Below are positions 10,058-18,059 of a stretch of DNA of 25,960 nucleotides, piece by piece. This DNA comes from a virus (taxonomy: Duplodnaviria; Caudoviricetes): IMG/VR virus record IMGVR_UViG_3300018080_000537, positions 1 to 25,960 of that record; one strand, 5' to 3'. Position numbers and translations under genes: made by a program. Each line of letters starts with the position of its first letter. Positions within the stretch are counted from its first letter, which is position 1. Below the pieces are notes generated by a model. It had not been told where the DNA came from. It saw only the letters and a list, made by a program, of their open reading frames with translations, and searched no databases.

Positions 10058-10255
10058 TTATCTACGTTTTGCTTTAGATTCACGTTTTGCTTTCTCATAA
10101 GCCTTAGCTTCTTCTTGTTTTCTGTGAAGGTAAGACATTTCTAGAAAAGCAACATCATTTGAATTTCTTCTTCTTGCTTGTCCAAGTTCAGTTGGAGTAC
10201 AATTTAGAAGAGTACACATTTCATATTCTAGATATCCAAAACCTGAATTAACGAA
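10058..10255 (-). CDS. +1 frameshift extension of the tail assembly chaperone (GT-like product)
   Basis: The +1 frame is open for 65 codons: FVNSGFGYLEYEMCTLLNCTPTELGQARRRNSNDVAFLEMSYLHRKQEEAKAYEKAKRESKAKRR*; L..TPxEL helix pattern typical of TAC extensions; fills the gap left by the ORF track. Confidence 0.75.
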   Translation of the reverse strand, partial: FVNSGFGYLEYEMCTLLNCTPTELGQARRRNSNDVAFLEMSYLHRKQEEAKAYEKAKRESKAKRR

Positions 10256-10259
10256 AGGA
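10248..10259 (-). promoter_or_regulatory. Programmed +1 ribosomal frameshift site TCC TTT CGT TAA
   Basis: UUU-to-UUC slip immediately before the stop; matches the TTT-CGN +1 motif described for haloarchaeal virus tail chaperones and the UCC-UUU-CGU motif of influenza PA-X. Confidence 0.75.
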
Positions 10260-10742
10260 TTCTAAGTCTTCATCACTTAGATTGCTCCCTCGTTGAAAGG
10301 CAATTATCAATTCAGATATGAAATTTTGTAACGTTTGGAAGGAAACTTTCGTTCTCCAAAACTCTTCATCCAATGAATCGTCAACAGACAAATCAGCAGC
10401 AAGCTTATTTAACTTATCATACACATCTACTAACTTAGAGTTAGATGAATCTGCAGATGAATTTTCTAAACTTGAAGCTTCGACAGACAAGGCTAAAATT
10501 TTAAGAAACTCCTCCTGATTAGGCTTTCTAGCCATAATTGCTCTACGAGTATCAGGGGAGGTGTTAAAAGAAACTTTAAGACAATCATCATTAAAGTCTC
10601 TCTCTAATAAGGTTCTGGTAGCAATTTTCCTACCAATATCCTCATTTGAAGAAGATTTCTTAGTTGTTACCTTCTTCTTGAATTCTTCCATATCTTTCTT
10701 TGTTGGTTTATCTTTTGTTTTGTTTTCCTTTGAGTCAGTTAT
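10248..10742 (-). CDS. Tail assembly chaperone (TAC)
   Basis: Follows the tail-tube genes, is helical and charged, and ends at a frameshift motif. The strong SD GGAGGTG points to an in-frame ATA at 10742; the first ATG is at 10691. Confidence 0.75.
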   Translation of the reverse strand: MTDSKENKTKDKPTKKDMEEFKKKVTTKKSSSNEDIGRKIATRTLLERDFNDDCLKVSFNTSPDTRRAIMARKPNQEEFLKILALSVEASSLENSSADSSNSKLVDVYDKLNKLAADLSVDDSLDEEFWRTKVSFQTLQNFISELIIAFQRGSNLSDEDLESFR

Positions 10743-10772
10743 AGTAACACCTCCTACTAGTTTATACTAACT

Positions 10773-11231
10773 CTATTGATTTGAGACTAACACATTAGTT
10801 CTTCCGACAGTAGTACTTGTTATATCATATGGAGTTCTTACTGCGAAATCAACACTACCTTCGGTAATTGTATCTGCATCTCCCATACTAATATCAAATC
10901 CTGTTACAGCACAAGATACTAGATAGAAATGTAATGAATTAGGTCCTGCATTTCCTGAAATTGCTAAATCAGTTCCTTTAACTACTGCTCCAAGAATCCA
11001 TGGAGCTGCATTTTGGTCTAACTTGCAATGGGTTAATGATAATTCTGCACTTAATGAACCTGCTACTCTATAATTTCCTGCTTCTCCTACAAGCTCTTGT
11101 TCTACAACTCCTTTATCTAGCGTAAGGCTAAAGTCAGAAATTCCTAAACCTGTATGAGTTGCTACACTAGTACCTGAGTAAATCCAAATTGAAGCATTTT
11201 CTCCTGTATAAGTTGTTGGTGTTCCTGTCAT
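10773..11231 (-). CDS. Tail tube (major tail) protein paralogue 2
   Basis: Beta-rich, 152 aa; shares GISDFSL, VEQELVGE.GNY, GSLS and VTG.DISMGDADTITE with the adjacent gene; sits between terminator and TAC. Confidence 0.72.
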   Translation of the reverse strand: MTGTPTTYTGENASIWIYSGTSVATHTGLGISDFSLTLDKGVVEQELVGEAGNYRVAGSLSAELSLTHCKLDQNAAPWILGAVVKGTDLAISGNAGPNSLHFYLVSCAVTGFDISMGDADTITEGSVDFAVRTPYDITSTTVGRTNVLVSNQ

Positions 11232-11233
11232 TT

Positions 11234-11680
11234 TTAGTCCTCCATATGTCCTGAATTATTAATAGAGACTTGGTGAGGATTCATAACAACCCAATCAATA
11301 CTTGCTTCCGTAATAGTATCAGCATCTCCCATTGATATATCATATCCAGTCACTTGACAAGATCTAAAATACCAACTAAGATTTGAACCAGTACTTCCAG
11401 AAACAGTTAGATAAGTGGCATCTCCTAAAACATTCTCTAATGCATCATACAATCCAGAGGCAGCAAACTTACAACACGTATAAGAACCTTCTAAAGATAA
11501 TGAACCGTGAGTAAAATAATTACCTCGTTCACCCACAAGTTCTTGTTCAACTGTTCCTCTAGCAACATTCAATGAAAAATCTGATATACCCCAAAGACTG
11601 TCAGCTCTAAGTGTTGCGGCAGCTCCTGCAGCATGAGATCCAATTGCAATATATGCACTACTTCCAGTTACTGTTCCCAT
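11234..11680 (-). CDS. Tail tube (major tail) protein paralogue 1
   Basis: Same shared motifs as paralogue 2; GGTGA SD; follows the tail terminator gene. Confidence 0.72.
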   Translation of the reverse strand: MGTVTGSSAYIAIGSHAAGAAATLRADSLWGISDFSLNVARGTVEQELVGERGNYFTHGSLSLEGSYTCCKFAASGLYDALENVLGDATYLTVSGSTGSNLSWYFRSCQVTGYDISMGDADTITEASIDWVVMNPHQVSINNSGHMED

Positions 11681-11717
11681 AATTATTCACCAATTTATAT
11701 ATACATAATAACGTACA

Positions 11718-12119
11718 TTAATCATCTACATTCTCTATATGTGTCCATATTTGAGTATTTACATACGATTTAATTTCATTGTTATAATCATCACTCTGAG
11801 ATACTCTTCTATATCCTATTCCATTTAATAATGCTTTAGATATATAATCAGAAATTCTTTGTGATGATACAATTGACCAATTATTAAATATATTTATTTG
11901 AAATGTTGAGTTTTCTCTCTTTAACTTTTCTCCAACAGATGCTGTATTATAACCTAAATATCCCCAACTATCTCCACCAGTTTGGTGTATAGTTATAGAT
12001 GGTACATATAACTCATCATTTGGAAATCCTACTCTAATATAATTAGATGGTATATAACTTGTTATATCTGAACTATCTACTAATAACTTTCTCGTAGAAG
12101 AATATGATGCATAACTCAT
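11718..12119 (-). CDS. Tail terminator/completion protein (SPP1 gp17-like)
   Basis: 133 aa; LLVDSSDITSYI, P.ITI and FQINIF pattern; canonical position after the gp10-like gene. Confidence 0.65.
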   Translation of the reverse strand: MSYASYSSTRKLLVDSSDITSYIPSNYIRVGFPNDELYVPSITIHQTGGDSWGYLGYNTASVGEKLKRENSTFQINIFNNWSIVSSQRISDYISKALLNGIGYRRVSQSDDYNNEIKSYVNTQIWTHIENVDD

Positions 12120-12607
12120 TTTATCATCCTAAGATTCTTTATTACTTTATCTCCAAATAAATCCAGTAATGTTCCTTTTGCCATATACATTCCTTTTTGA
12201 AAGAAAGCTTTTGGAGGTTGTCCTTTTACTCTATATCTATACATTTGTTTACCATTATACATAAAAGACAGAGCTTTTGAGTTTTTAGCATGAATATCAG
12301 CATTTAATGTTCCATATTCTACAGCTTGAGAGTGAGAGGATTTACTAATCAGATAGTTAGTAAATGTATTACCTTTAGATTCTACTTTAGTTATCTCCCA
12401 ATTTTCTGGATTAATTATACTTTGTTCGTCTCTCTTCAATCCAACTCCAAGTTTATTAGCTTTTAAGAAATTTATAGATTGTTCTTTGATATAATCTAAC
12501 GCATCTTCCATACATGATTTAGTTCCGGTATCTATTGCAGATTTAACCTTTTCTAAATTTCTATAGACTTTTTTGTATCCAGTTATCTTTGTTTTAATAA
12601 AGCTCAT
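12116..12607 (-). CDS. HK97 gp10-like neck/tail completion protein
   Basis: HSQAVEYGT and VKGQPPKAFF motifs; basic. Start at ATG 12607 (GGAG SD, ATGA overlap); the track start is 12625. Confidence 0.75.
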   Translation of the reverse strand: MSFIKTKITGYKKVYRNLEKVKSAIDTGTKSCMEDALDYIKEQSINFLKANKLGVGLKRDEQSIINPENWEITKVESKGNTFTNYLISKSSHSQAVEYGTLNADIHAKNSKALSFMYNGKQMYRYRVKGQPPKAFFQKGMYMAKGTLLDLFGDKVIKNLRMIK

Positions 12608-12924
12608 ATTTGCTCCACTATACAAGTTATATGATGGTGTGAGGAGTCAAAGTATTTAGATCTAACATAGTAATAATCTCCAGAGTAACTAATTCTACCA
12701 CCCATATCAATAGATGCACTAGATAGAAAGAATACTTTATAAGATATTTTATTAAATTCTCCACCTATCTTAGATTGCTCTTCTAAAGTTAGAGGTACAA
12801 ATCTACATTTTGTAGATGTTGTAGAATATGTCCATGTTTCTGGTCTTACTTCTCCAAACTCATTTATAGATGATGTAGAAGAACCTATATAACAATTGTG
12901 TATTAATAAACCTTCATAAGTCAT
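12604..12924 (-). CDS. Head closure/head-tail joining protein (SPP1 gp16-like)
   Basis: NEFGE...TW, KCRF, YKVFF...IDMGGRISYSGDYYYV and HHITC pattern; start reassigned to ATG 12924 (track 12960). Confidence 0.7.
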   Translation of the reverse strand: MTYEGLLIHNCYIGSSTSSINEFGEVRPETWTYSTTSTKCRFVPLTLEEQSKIGGEFNKISYKVFFLSSASIDMGGRISYSGDYYYVRSKYFDSSHHHITCIVEQI

Positions 12925-12925
12925 A

Positions 12926-13165
12926 TTACATTCCATGTATTTTTTTATGACAAGATTCACAAACTGTTATTAAATTAGCAGGATTTGATGAACCCCCTCT
13001 TCCAATAGGAACAACATGATGACAATGGGGTTTATTTAAATTAGGTCTACCACATATCTGACATGTATATTTATCTCTACTAAAGACATAAAATCTAATT
13101 TTGTTCCAGTTATGAGGATATCTTTCATCTTCCATTCCCTGAGAGTTATAAGGTCTTCTATACAT
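12926..13165 (-). CDS. Small HNH endonuclease
   Basis: RDKYTCQICG...HCHHVVPIGRGGSSNPANLITVCESCHKKIH is a canonical zinc-binding HNH motif. Confidence 0.9.
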   Translation of the reverse strand: MYRRPYNSQGMEDERYPHNWNKIRFYVFSRDKYTCQICGRPNLNKPHCHHVVPIGRGGSSNPANLITVCESCHKKIHGM

Positions 13166-13856
13166 ATTTTAACTTCTCCCTATAATAATTTTCCCAATCA
13201 TTCCTATTGTAGTTAGTTTTCATATGACATGTTCTGCATAAACTAATTAAATTATTTTCATTACAATTTTTCTTATTATAGTCTATATGATGAACATGTA
13301 GGGTATATCCTAATTGTTTTTGAGTATATCCACATTCTTGACAAGTATACTTATCACGTTTTCTTATTTTCTCCTTTAGTCTATTGTTGAACTCTTTAGG
13401 ATAATCTATATATGAACTACCACCATTCCATCCATGATTGTTCTCTCCTGAAATTTTGTTGAGGGTTTCTTCTTTGTGACGTTTTCCATAAAATGGATTG
13501 TTTTCACCTACTAGTACTAATTTTAAATACTCAGCATAACATTTACGTGAACAAAATTTTCTATTCCTTCCTGCAGGAGGTATTGTAAAAATTTTATTAC
13601 AATACATACAAGATTTTTTAATATATTGCTTTCTCCTAAATGTTATTCCAGTTTGATATTTGTCTCTACATTTCTTACAACAAAAAGAATAGAATCCATC
13701 ACTCAATGTGTGAAATTTTGTTTTCTTATCACAAACTTTACAATGTCCAACATCTCCGATATATCTTAGATAGTATTCTTCAGCTGAAATATTATGAGTT
13801 CTAATATGTTTTCCAATAGATGAATATTCTTCTCCACATATTTTACACTTAGTCAT
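13158..13856 (-). CDS. Free-standing HNH homing endonuclease with zinc fingers and NUMOD3-like motif
   Basis: N-terminal CxxC..H..H finger, FCSRKC, NPFYGKRHKEETLNKIS (NUMOD3-like), C-terminal RDKYTCQECG..LHVHHIDYNKKNCNENNLISLCRTCH. Confidence 0.88.
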   Translation of the reverse strand: MTKCKICGEEYSSIGKHIRTHNISAEEYYLRYIGDVGHCKVCDKKTKFHTLSDGFYSFCCKKCRDKYQTGITFRRKQYIKKSCMYCNKIFTIPPAGRNRKFCSRKCYAEYLKLVLVGENNPFYGKRHKEETLNKISGENNHGWNGGSSYIDYPKEFNNRLKEKIRKRDKYTCQECGYTQKQLGYTLHVHHIDYNKKNCNENNLISLCRTCHMKTNYNRNDWENYYREKLKYV

Positions 13857-13866
13857 TTATCTTTCC

Positions 13867-15240
13867 TTAATCATTAGCCTTTCTAACAACATAATCAGAT
13901 GGAGATGACATTTTCTCTAACATTTCTATAGCCATTCCATGCCAAGTTTTAGTTATAATAAAAGGACTAGATTGTATATCCATACCTCTAGATATTGGTT
14001 CTGCTAAAGTATAACTATTTCCAGTAAGAAATGTTACTCCTTTATCTCTAACTAACCAAGTTCCTAAAGAAGTCTTAGGACACCATACAATTCCTTTATA
14101 GTCTTTAAATCCATTATGTAGGTTTTTAACTCCTACATTCCTTTTAGTTTGACAACTGAGAGAATATACTCCATTATCATCCTTTTTCCTTAGAGTAGTT
14201 CCGTATCCACATAATACACTTAAAGCCTGAAAAGAATTCATAGTTTCATTAAGTTTCTGATAAAATCTATCTCGTTTCTTATCACCATCACCTAATTTCA
14301 TAACCTTCCATAGTAAATTTAATTGTTTTGTATTTATTGATGTTATAAAATTCATAGTTAATTGTTTATTAGGACAAACTTTCTTTAAATCATTAAATAA
14401 CTTTGTATTTGCTGGAATATAAAATCCTATATTTCCATTTCCGTGTTTATGTTCACTTATCTCATCATCTAATAATTTATTTAGACATTTCCGTATACTA
14501 TTACAATTATTCCTATTTACAATTTTATTCTGATTGATAAAAGCAGAGTAAATTTTACCAGTTCTACTACTTTTTTGCCAATTTCCTTCAGTAACAAACC
14601 AACCAACACATTCAACAAATTCATCGGAATATTCAGTATTATTTATATTTATAGACCTTGCTGCTCTAGGAATAGTATCCCATGTATTTAAATCCTTACT
14701 TGTTTTTATTCTTTGACTCCATTTTGCTGAACTATGTATTGGTTTTACATACCATCTATGATTTGGTGTAGCTAATGTGTCAAATGAATTTCTCTTAGAT
14801 TTTAGATGTAACATTTTACCAATGTATGGTGTTATATGTATATCCTCTACTTTAGTCCATTTGACCCTATCAGATTTTTCATCATATCCTAATATTTCAT
14901 CATCTAACTTTAACTCGTAAGGATTTTTCCATCCTTCTTTTGTTAAAGTTTCTGTAGTATCAGGTAAACAATAATCTCCTAATGTCTCCGAGCTTAAGGT
15001 ATAATATTTCTTAGCTAAAGCTGGTGTAGATATTAGATTAGATATAACTAATAATAATACAGGAATTCTTGCTTTAGATGGTAATGAACCTCCATTAAAA
15101 TATCTATATTTAACATAACTTTCAACAGATTCTATCTTTAATAAAATTTCTGCTTTAGATACATCATCATAATCTAATGGAGGAGAAACAAAATTCCTTA
15201 CATCGTATTCATTAACAACTTGTGGGGAATAATCTACCAT
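13867..15240 (-). CDS. Head-tail adaptor (gp6/gp15-like) precursor interrupted by an intein; mature protein about 139 aa
   Basis: Joining the exteins restores SSETLGDY|SYTL, the SE.xGDYSY motif of type-1 adaptors; located between MCP and head closure genes. Confidence 0.78.
   Translation of the reverse strand: MVDYSPQVVNEYDVRNFVSPPLDYDDVSKAEILLKIESVESYVKYRYFNGGSLPSKARIPVLLLVISNLISTPALAKKYYTLSSETLGDYCLPDTTETLTKEGWKNPYELKLDDEILGYDEKSDRVKWTKVEDIHITPYIGKMLHLKSKRNSFDTLATPNHRWYVKPIHSSAKWSQRIKTSKDLNTWDTIPRAARSININNTEYSDEFVECVGWFVTEGNWQKSSRTGKIYSAFINQNKIVNRNNCNSIRKCLNKLLDDEISEHKHGNGNIGFYIPANTKLFNDLKKVCPNKQLTMNFITSINTKQLNLLWKVMKLGDGDKKRDRFYQKLNETMNSFQALSVLCGYGTTLRKKDDNGVYSLSCQTKRNVGVKNLHNGFKDYKGIVWCPKTSLGTWLVRDKGVTFLTGNSYTLAEPISRGMDIQSSPFIITKTWHGMAIEMLEKMSSPSDYVVRKAND
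14017..14970 (-). mobile_element. Intein (318 aa) with LAGLIDADG homing endonuclease
   Basis: Block A CLPDTTETLTKEGWK, block B ATPNHRWY, LAGLIDADG-like VGWFVTEGN and MKLGDG, block F/G VWCPKTSLGTWLVRDKGVTFLTGN followed by Ser+1. Confidence 0.93.
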
Positions 15241-15242
15241 AT

Positions 15243-15497
15243 TTACTCTCCTATTCTCTTATCAGTATATCTGATATCCTTTTTCTGTCTAGTACCAGTT
15301 GTTGTATCTAGTGGAAATGGATATTGTTTTACTTTATAGTTATCAGAGTCAGTTTCTCCACCACCATCTTCTATAGATGTGATTTCTAGTCTTTCTAACT
15401 CAGCATCAGAATATCCTGTTCTATTTTCTAATGCTTTATTTCTACTATCTTGAACATCCTTCTTCATCCACTCTTGATCCCCACGTCCAGTTAACAT
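15243..15497 (-). CDS. Hypothetical protein (84 aa)
   Basis: Co-oriented ORF tightly packed between neighbours; no recognisable motif. Confidence 0.55.
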   Translation of the reverse strand: MLTGRGDQEWMKKDVQDSRNKALENRTGYSDAELERLEITSIEDGGGETDSDNYKVKQYPFPLDTTTGTRQKKDIRYTDKRIGE

Positions 15498-15507
15498 TTA
15501 TAATTCC

Positions 15508-15750
15508 TTACCAATGATGATTGAATAATGGTATATAATACTCATTAGCACTATCGTCAGTAACTCTTAACCAAGCTGTTGCACTAGCTGCAGGTAAAAC
15601 TTCAACTGCTCCAGTGGCTCCACCAGATACATTAGTATCCCATGTACTTACATCAAAATTTGATGCATCATCATCGATGTATAATCCTCTACCACCGGAT
15701 TCTATTCTAACCTTTTCTATATTAAGGACAGGTATTCTTGTTCCAGGCAT
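15508..15750 (-). CDS. Small putative head fibre/spike protein (80 aa)
   Basis: GGAGTGA SD; C-terminal WLRV......YYIPLF resembles short fibre-tip motifs; lies directly after MCP. Confidence 0.45.
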   Translation of the reverse strand: MPGTRIPVLNIEKVRIESGGRGLYIDDDASNFDVSTWDTNVSGGATGAVEVLPAASATAWLRVTDDSANEYYIPLFNHHW

Positions 15751-15782
15751 TTACTATCACTCCTTATTAAAAGAAACACATT

Positions 15783-15816
15783 AAACAGAAAGAATTGGAT
15801 AGATATTATTCTATCC
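15783..15816 (-). terminator. Hairpin plus pyrimidine tract after MCP
   Basis: GGATAGA-ATAATA-TCTATCC followed by AATTCTTTCTGTTT directly after the MCP stop. Confidence 0.55.
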
Positions 15817-16779
15817 TTACTTAGTCAAAATATTGTTTGCAGCCTTTGGTTGGATGGTTGCAGTTCCATATCTCATTGTACAAGAGATTCCTACAATATC
15901 ATGAATTGGATCATCATACTGTTCAACAGTTAAATCTCTTCGCATTGCAAGATATGTGCTTGCAGCAGAATCTAAAACAATACCATAATAATGGTTTGCA
16001 GAATCTGTACTATCCCAATAATGTCCAGTAGAGCCAGTAGTAACTGAGCAAGTATATGGAGTCATTCCCATGATTTTAGGAATTCCGCCAGTTGTCAATG
16101 GACTTGTGGTTCCAGCAAAGGATGCATATGCAAGATTTGAGTCTTGTAATAGATATCCTTCAGCAGTTGGATGGAAAATCATCTTATCTGGCATATAATT
16201 TTCTGCGGCAACTGCAGCTCGAGCTGTTGCTAAATCAGAAACTGAAAGATGTGCACCTGCTGGGTCAGTATCCGTTGTAGTTGCATCAGTAAGAATCTCT
16301 AAAAGAACATCACGGTTAAGTTTATTCTCCATTCTCATACCAGCTTTTTGAAGCTCAAGATTTACAATATCAAAGAGTCCATCTTCAATAAGTTCATTGG
16401 TAATCAATGGTCGAGTACCAACTTTCTTAATGGTAATATCCTCTTTTGAATACACTTGAGTATCAATAGGGACGTTAGCTCCTTCTGCAAGTTCTTCTGC
16501 ATAAGTGCCAGTTTCTCCTTTTACAACACGAACAGAATACGAGTCAGTTCTAATTACTGGAACAATATCTCTCATACATTTCCAAGGTTCTGCTCCTTCA
16601 GAGATAGTTCTATAAACTTCCTCTTGTAAAAGATTAGAAGTTTGTCTTGAATCAGATTGTAAAAGTTCTTTCACATCTTTACCAAGAAGTTTCTCTGTTG
16701 AAGGTTTGTTAAGGATAGCATCTCTCTTTGAGTTGTCTGCATATCCTATTTGTAACAATTTAGTTAGTTTATTTGTCAT
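15817..16779 (-). CDS. Major capsid protein (HK97 fold)
   Basis: LAEGANVP, ITIKKVG...ITNELIEDGLFDIVNLELQKAGMRMENKLN, PDKMIFHP, IPKIMGM and MRYG are typical HK97-fold MCP segments. Confidence 0.92.
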   Translation of the reverse strand: MTNKLTKLLQIGYADNSKRDAILNKPSTEKLLGKDVKELLQSDSRQTSNLLQEEVYRTISEGAEPWKCMRDIVPVIRTDSYSVRVVKGETGTYAEELAEGANVPIDTQVYSKEDITIKKVGTRPLITNELIEDGLFDIVNLELQKAGMRMENKLNRDVLLEILTDATTTDTDPAGAHLSVSDLATARAAVAAENYMPDKMIFHPTAEGYLLQDSNLAYASFAGTTSPLTTGGIPKIMGMTPYTCSVTTGSTGHYWDSTDSANHYYGIVLDSAASTYLAMRRDLTVEQYDDPIHDIVGISCTMRYGTATIQPKAANNILTK

Positions 16780-16820
16780 ATTTTCATTCCATACTTAATA
16801 AAACATAAATAACATACACA

Positions 16821-17219
16821 TTATAATGAGTAACTATGACCGAGTATCAACACTTCTCCATCATCATAATTTGTAGATGGAGACTTAATTATAATTGCTC
16901 CACTATTATAAGTAGCTTCGTTAGATATAAAACCACCAGCAATACATCCTACTAATGTTCCTGCACTAAGAGTACTAGAACTTGATATCTTACATCTAAC
17001 AATATTACCTACAGGATATACTAGAACTTTCTCTCCTTCTGTTTTAGAATATCCCGCAATTCCATATAACTTTTGGACATTGTCAGTAGGAGCCTTTACA
17101 GTATTATCATTTGCTAAATATACAGCTTGACCTTTATAGATGTTACCTGATGCTGTATAAGAAATTCCACCAACAGGAGGTTGTACAGGTATTGAATCTT
17201 CTATTATAGAAAAACTCAT
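16821..17219 (-). CDS. Capsid cement/decoration protein paralogue 4 (DUF2190-like)
   Basis: TASGNIYKGQAVY..DNTV...GIA...G..V.VY..GNIVRC motif shared with three neighbours. Confidence 0.7.
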   Translation of the reverse strand: MSFSIIEDSIPVQPPVGGISYTASGNIYKGQAVYLANDNTVKAPTDNVQKLYGIAGYSKTEGEKVLVYPVGNIVRCKISSSSTLSAGTLVGCIAGGFISNEATYNSGAIIIKSPSTNYDDGEVLILGHSYSL

Positions 17220-17605
17220 ATTAACAAAACCCTACCAACCTTATTGGTATTTACAGTTTCAAAGTCACTTACAGATATTGCCATAGGACGTTCAGAACTA
17301 TATCTTCCTTCACTAACATATCCATTACTAGATGCATACAATAGTTTTCCTGATGTGATAGACTCAGGAGAACAAGCCATCGTTATATTACCTGGTAAAT
17401 AGATAGTACATTCTTCTCCATGGTAAGAATTATGGTCACATATTCCTATACCATTGGAGCCAAGTATACTAGAAGTTACCGTATTATTTGCTATAATCTT
17501 TACAGCTTGTCCTCTATGTAGATTACCACTAGCAGTAAATAGAAAACCAAATGTACCATCTTGATAGATAGTGTCAGATGATAAATCAGAATTATCCCAT
17601 GTCAT
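17216..17605 (-). CDS. Capsid cement/decoration protein paralogue 3
   Basis: TASGNLHRGQAVKI.ANNTV...GIGI...G....IY..GN...G.LLYAS.NG...V.L. Confidence 0.7.
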   Translation of the reverse strand: MTWDNSDLSSDTIYQDGTFGFLFTASGNLHRGQAVKIIANNTVTSSILGSNGIGICDHNSYHGEECTIYLPGNITMACSPESITSGKLLYASSNGYVSEGRYSSERPMAISVSDFETVNTNKVGRVLLI

Positions 17606-17617
17606 ATATTACTCTAA

Positions 17618-18034
17618 TTATTTCAAAAGAACTTTTACTAAACCGTCAGTAGTTCCCTGATTCATCAAAGCAATTGCAGCACCACTCATTGCAATTTCTG
17701 TAGCAGCAGCATCAGTACAATCATCCCAATCACCATCTGCAGCAACATATAACCAATCACCTTCAGAAACTGAAGAATTAGCTCTAGTCCAGCAAACTGC
17801 ACCTTGAGTGTATACTGAAATAGGATTTCCAGAAGTTGCTCCAATAGCAGCAATTCCTAATGCTTTCTTATCAGATCCAGCATTTCCAGCAACTACATAG
17901 GTATATGAAGTATCTCCACCAGTAGACAGAGTAACTCCTTGTCCTGCATAGATAGTTCCTGATGCCATACAATTTATTTTATTCTCTTTTCCTTGAATAC
18001 AGATATCTCTATCTGTTATAGCAGTCCATGCCAT
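17618..18034 (-). CDS. Capsid cement/decoration protein paralogue 2
   Basis: MASGTIYAGQGV...LGIAAIGATSGNPISVYTQG...GDWLYVAADG...VKVLL. Confidence 0.72.
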   Translation of the reverse strand: MAWTAITDRDICIQGKENKINCMASGTIYAGQGVTLSTGGDTSYTYVVAGNAGSDKKALGIAAIGATSGNPISVYTQGAVCWTRANSSVSEGDWLYVAADGDWDDCTDAAATEIAMSGAAIALMNQGTTDGLVKVLLK

Positions 18035-18059
18035 ATTTATTATCCTCTTTTAATTAACA

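Noticed and set aside
10773-12119. Contractile (myovirus) tail interpretation of the two short tube genes
   Set aside because: No sheath gene between terminator and tubes and no baseplate wedge genes in the window; tail type is left open.
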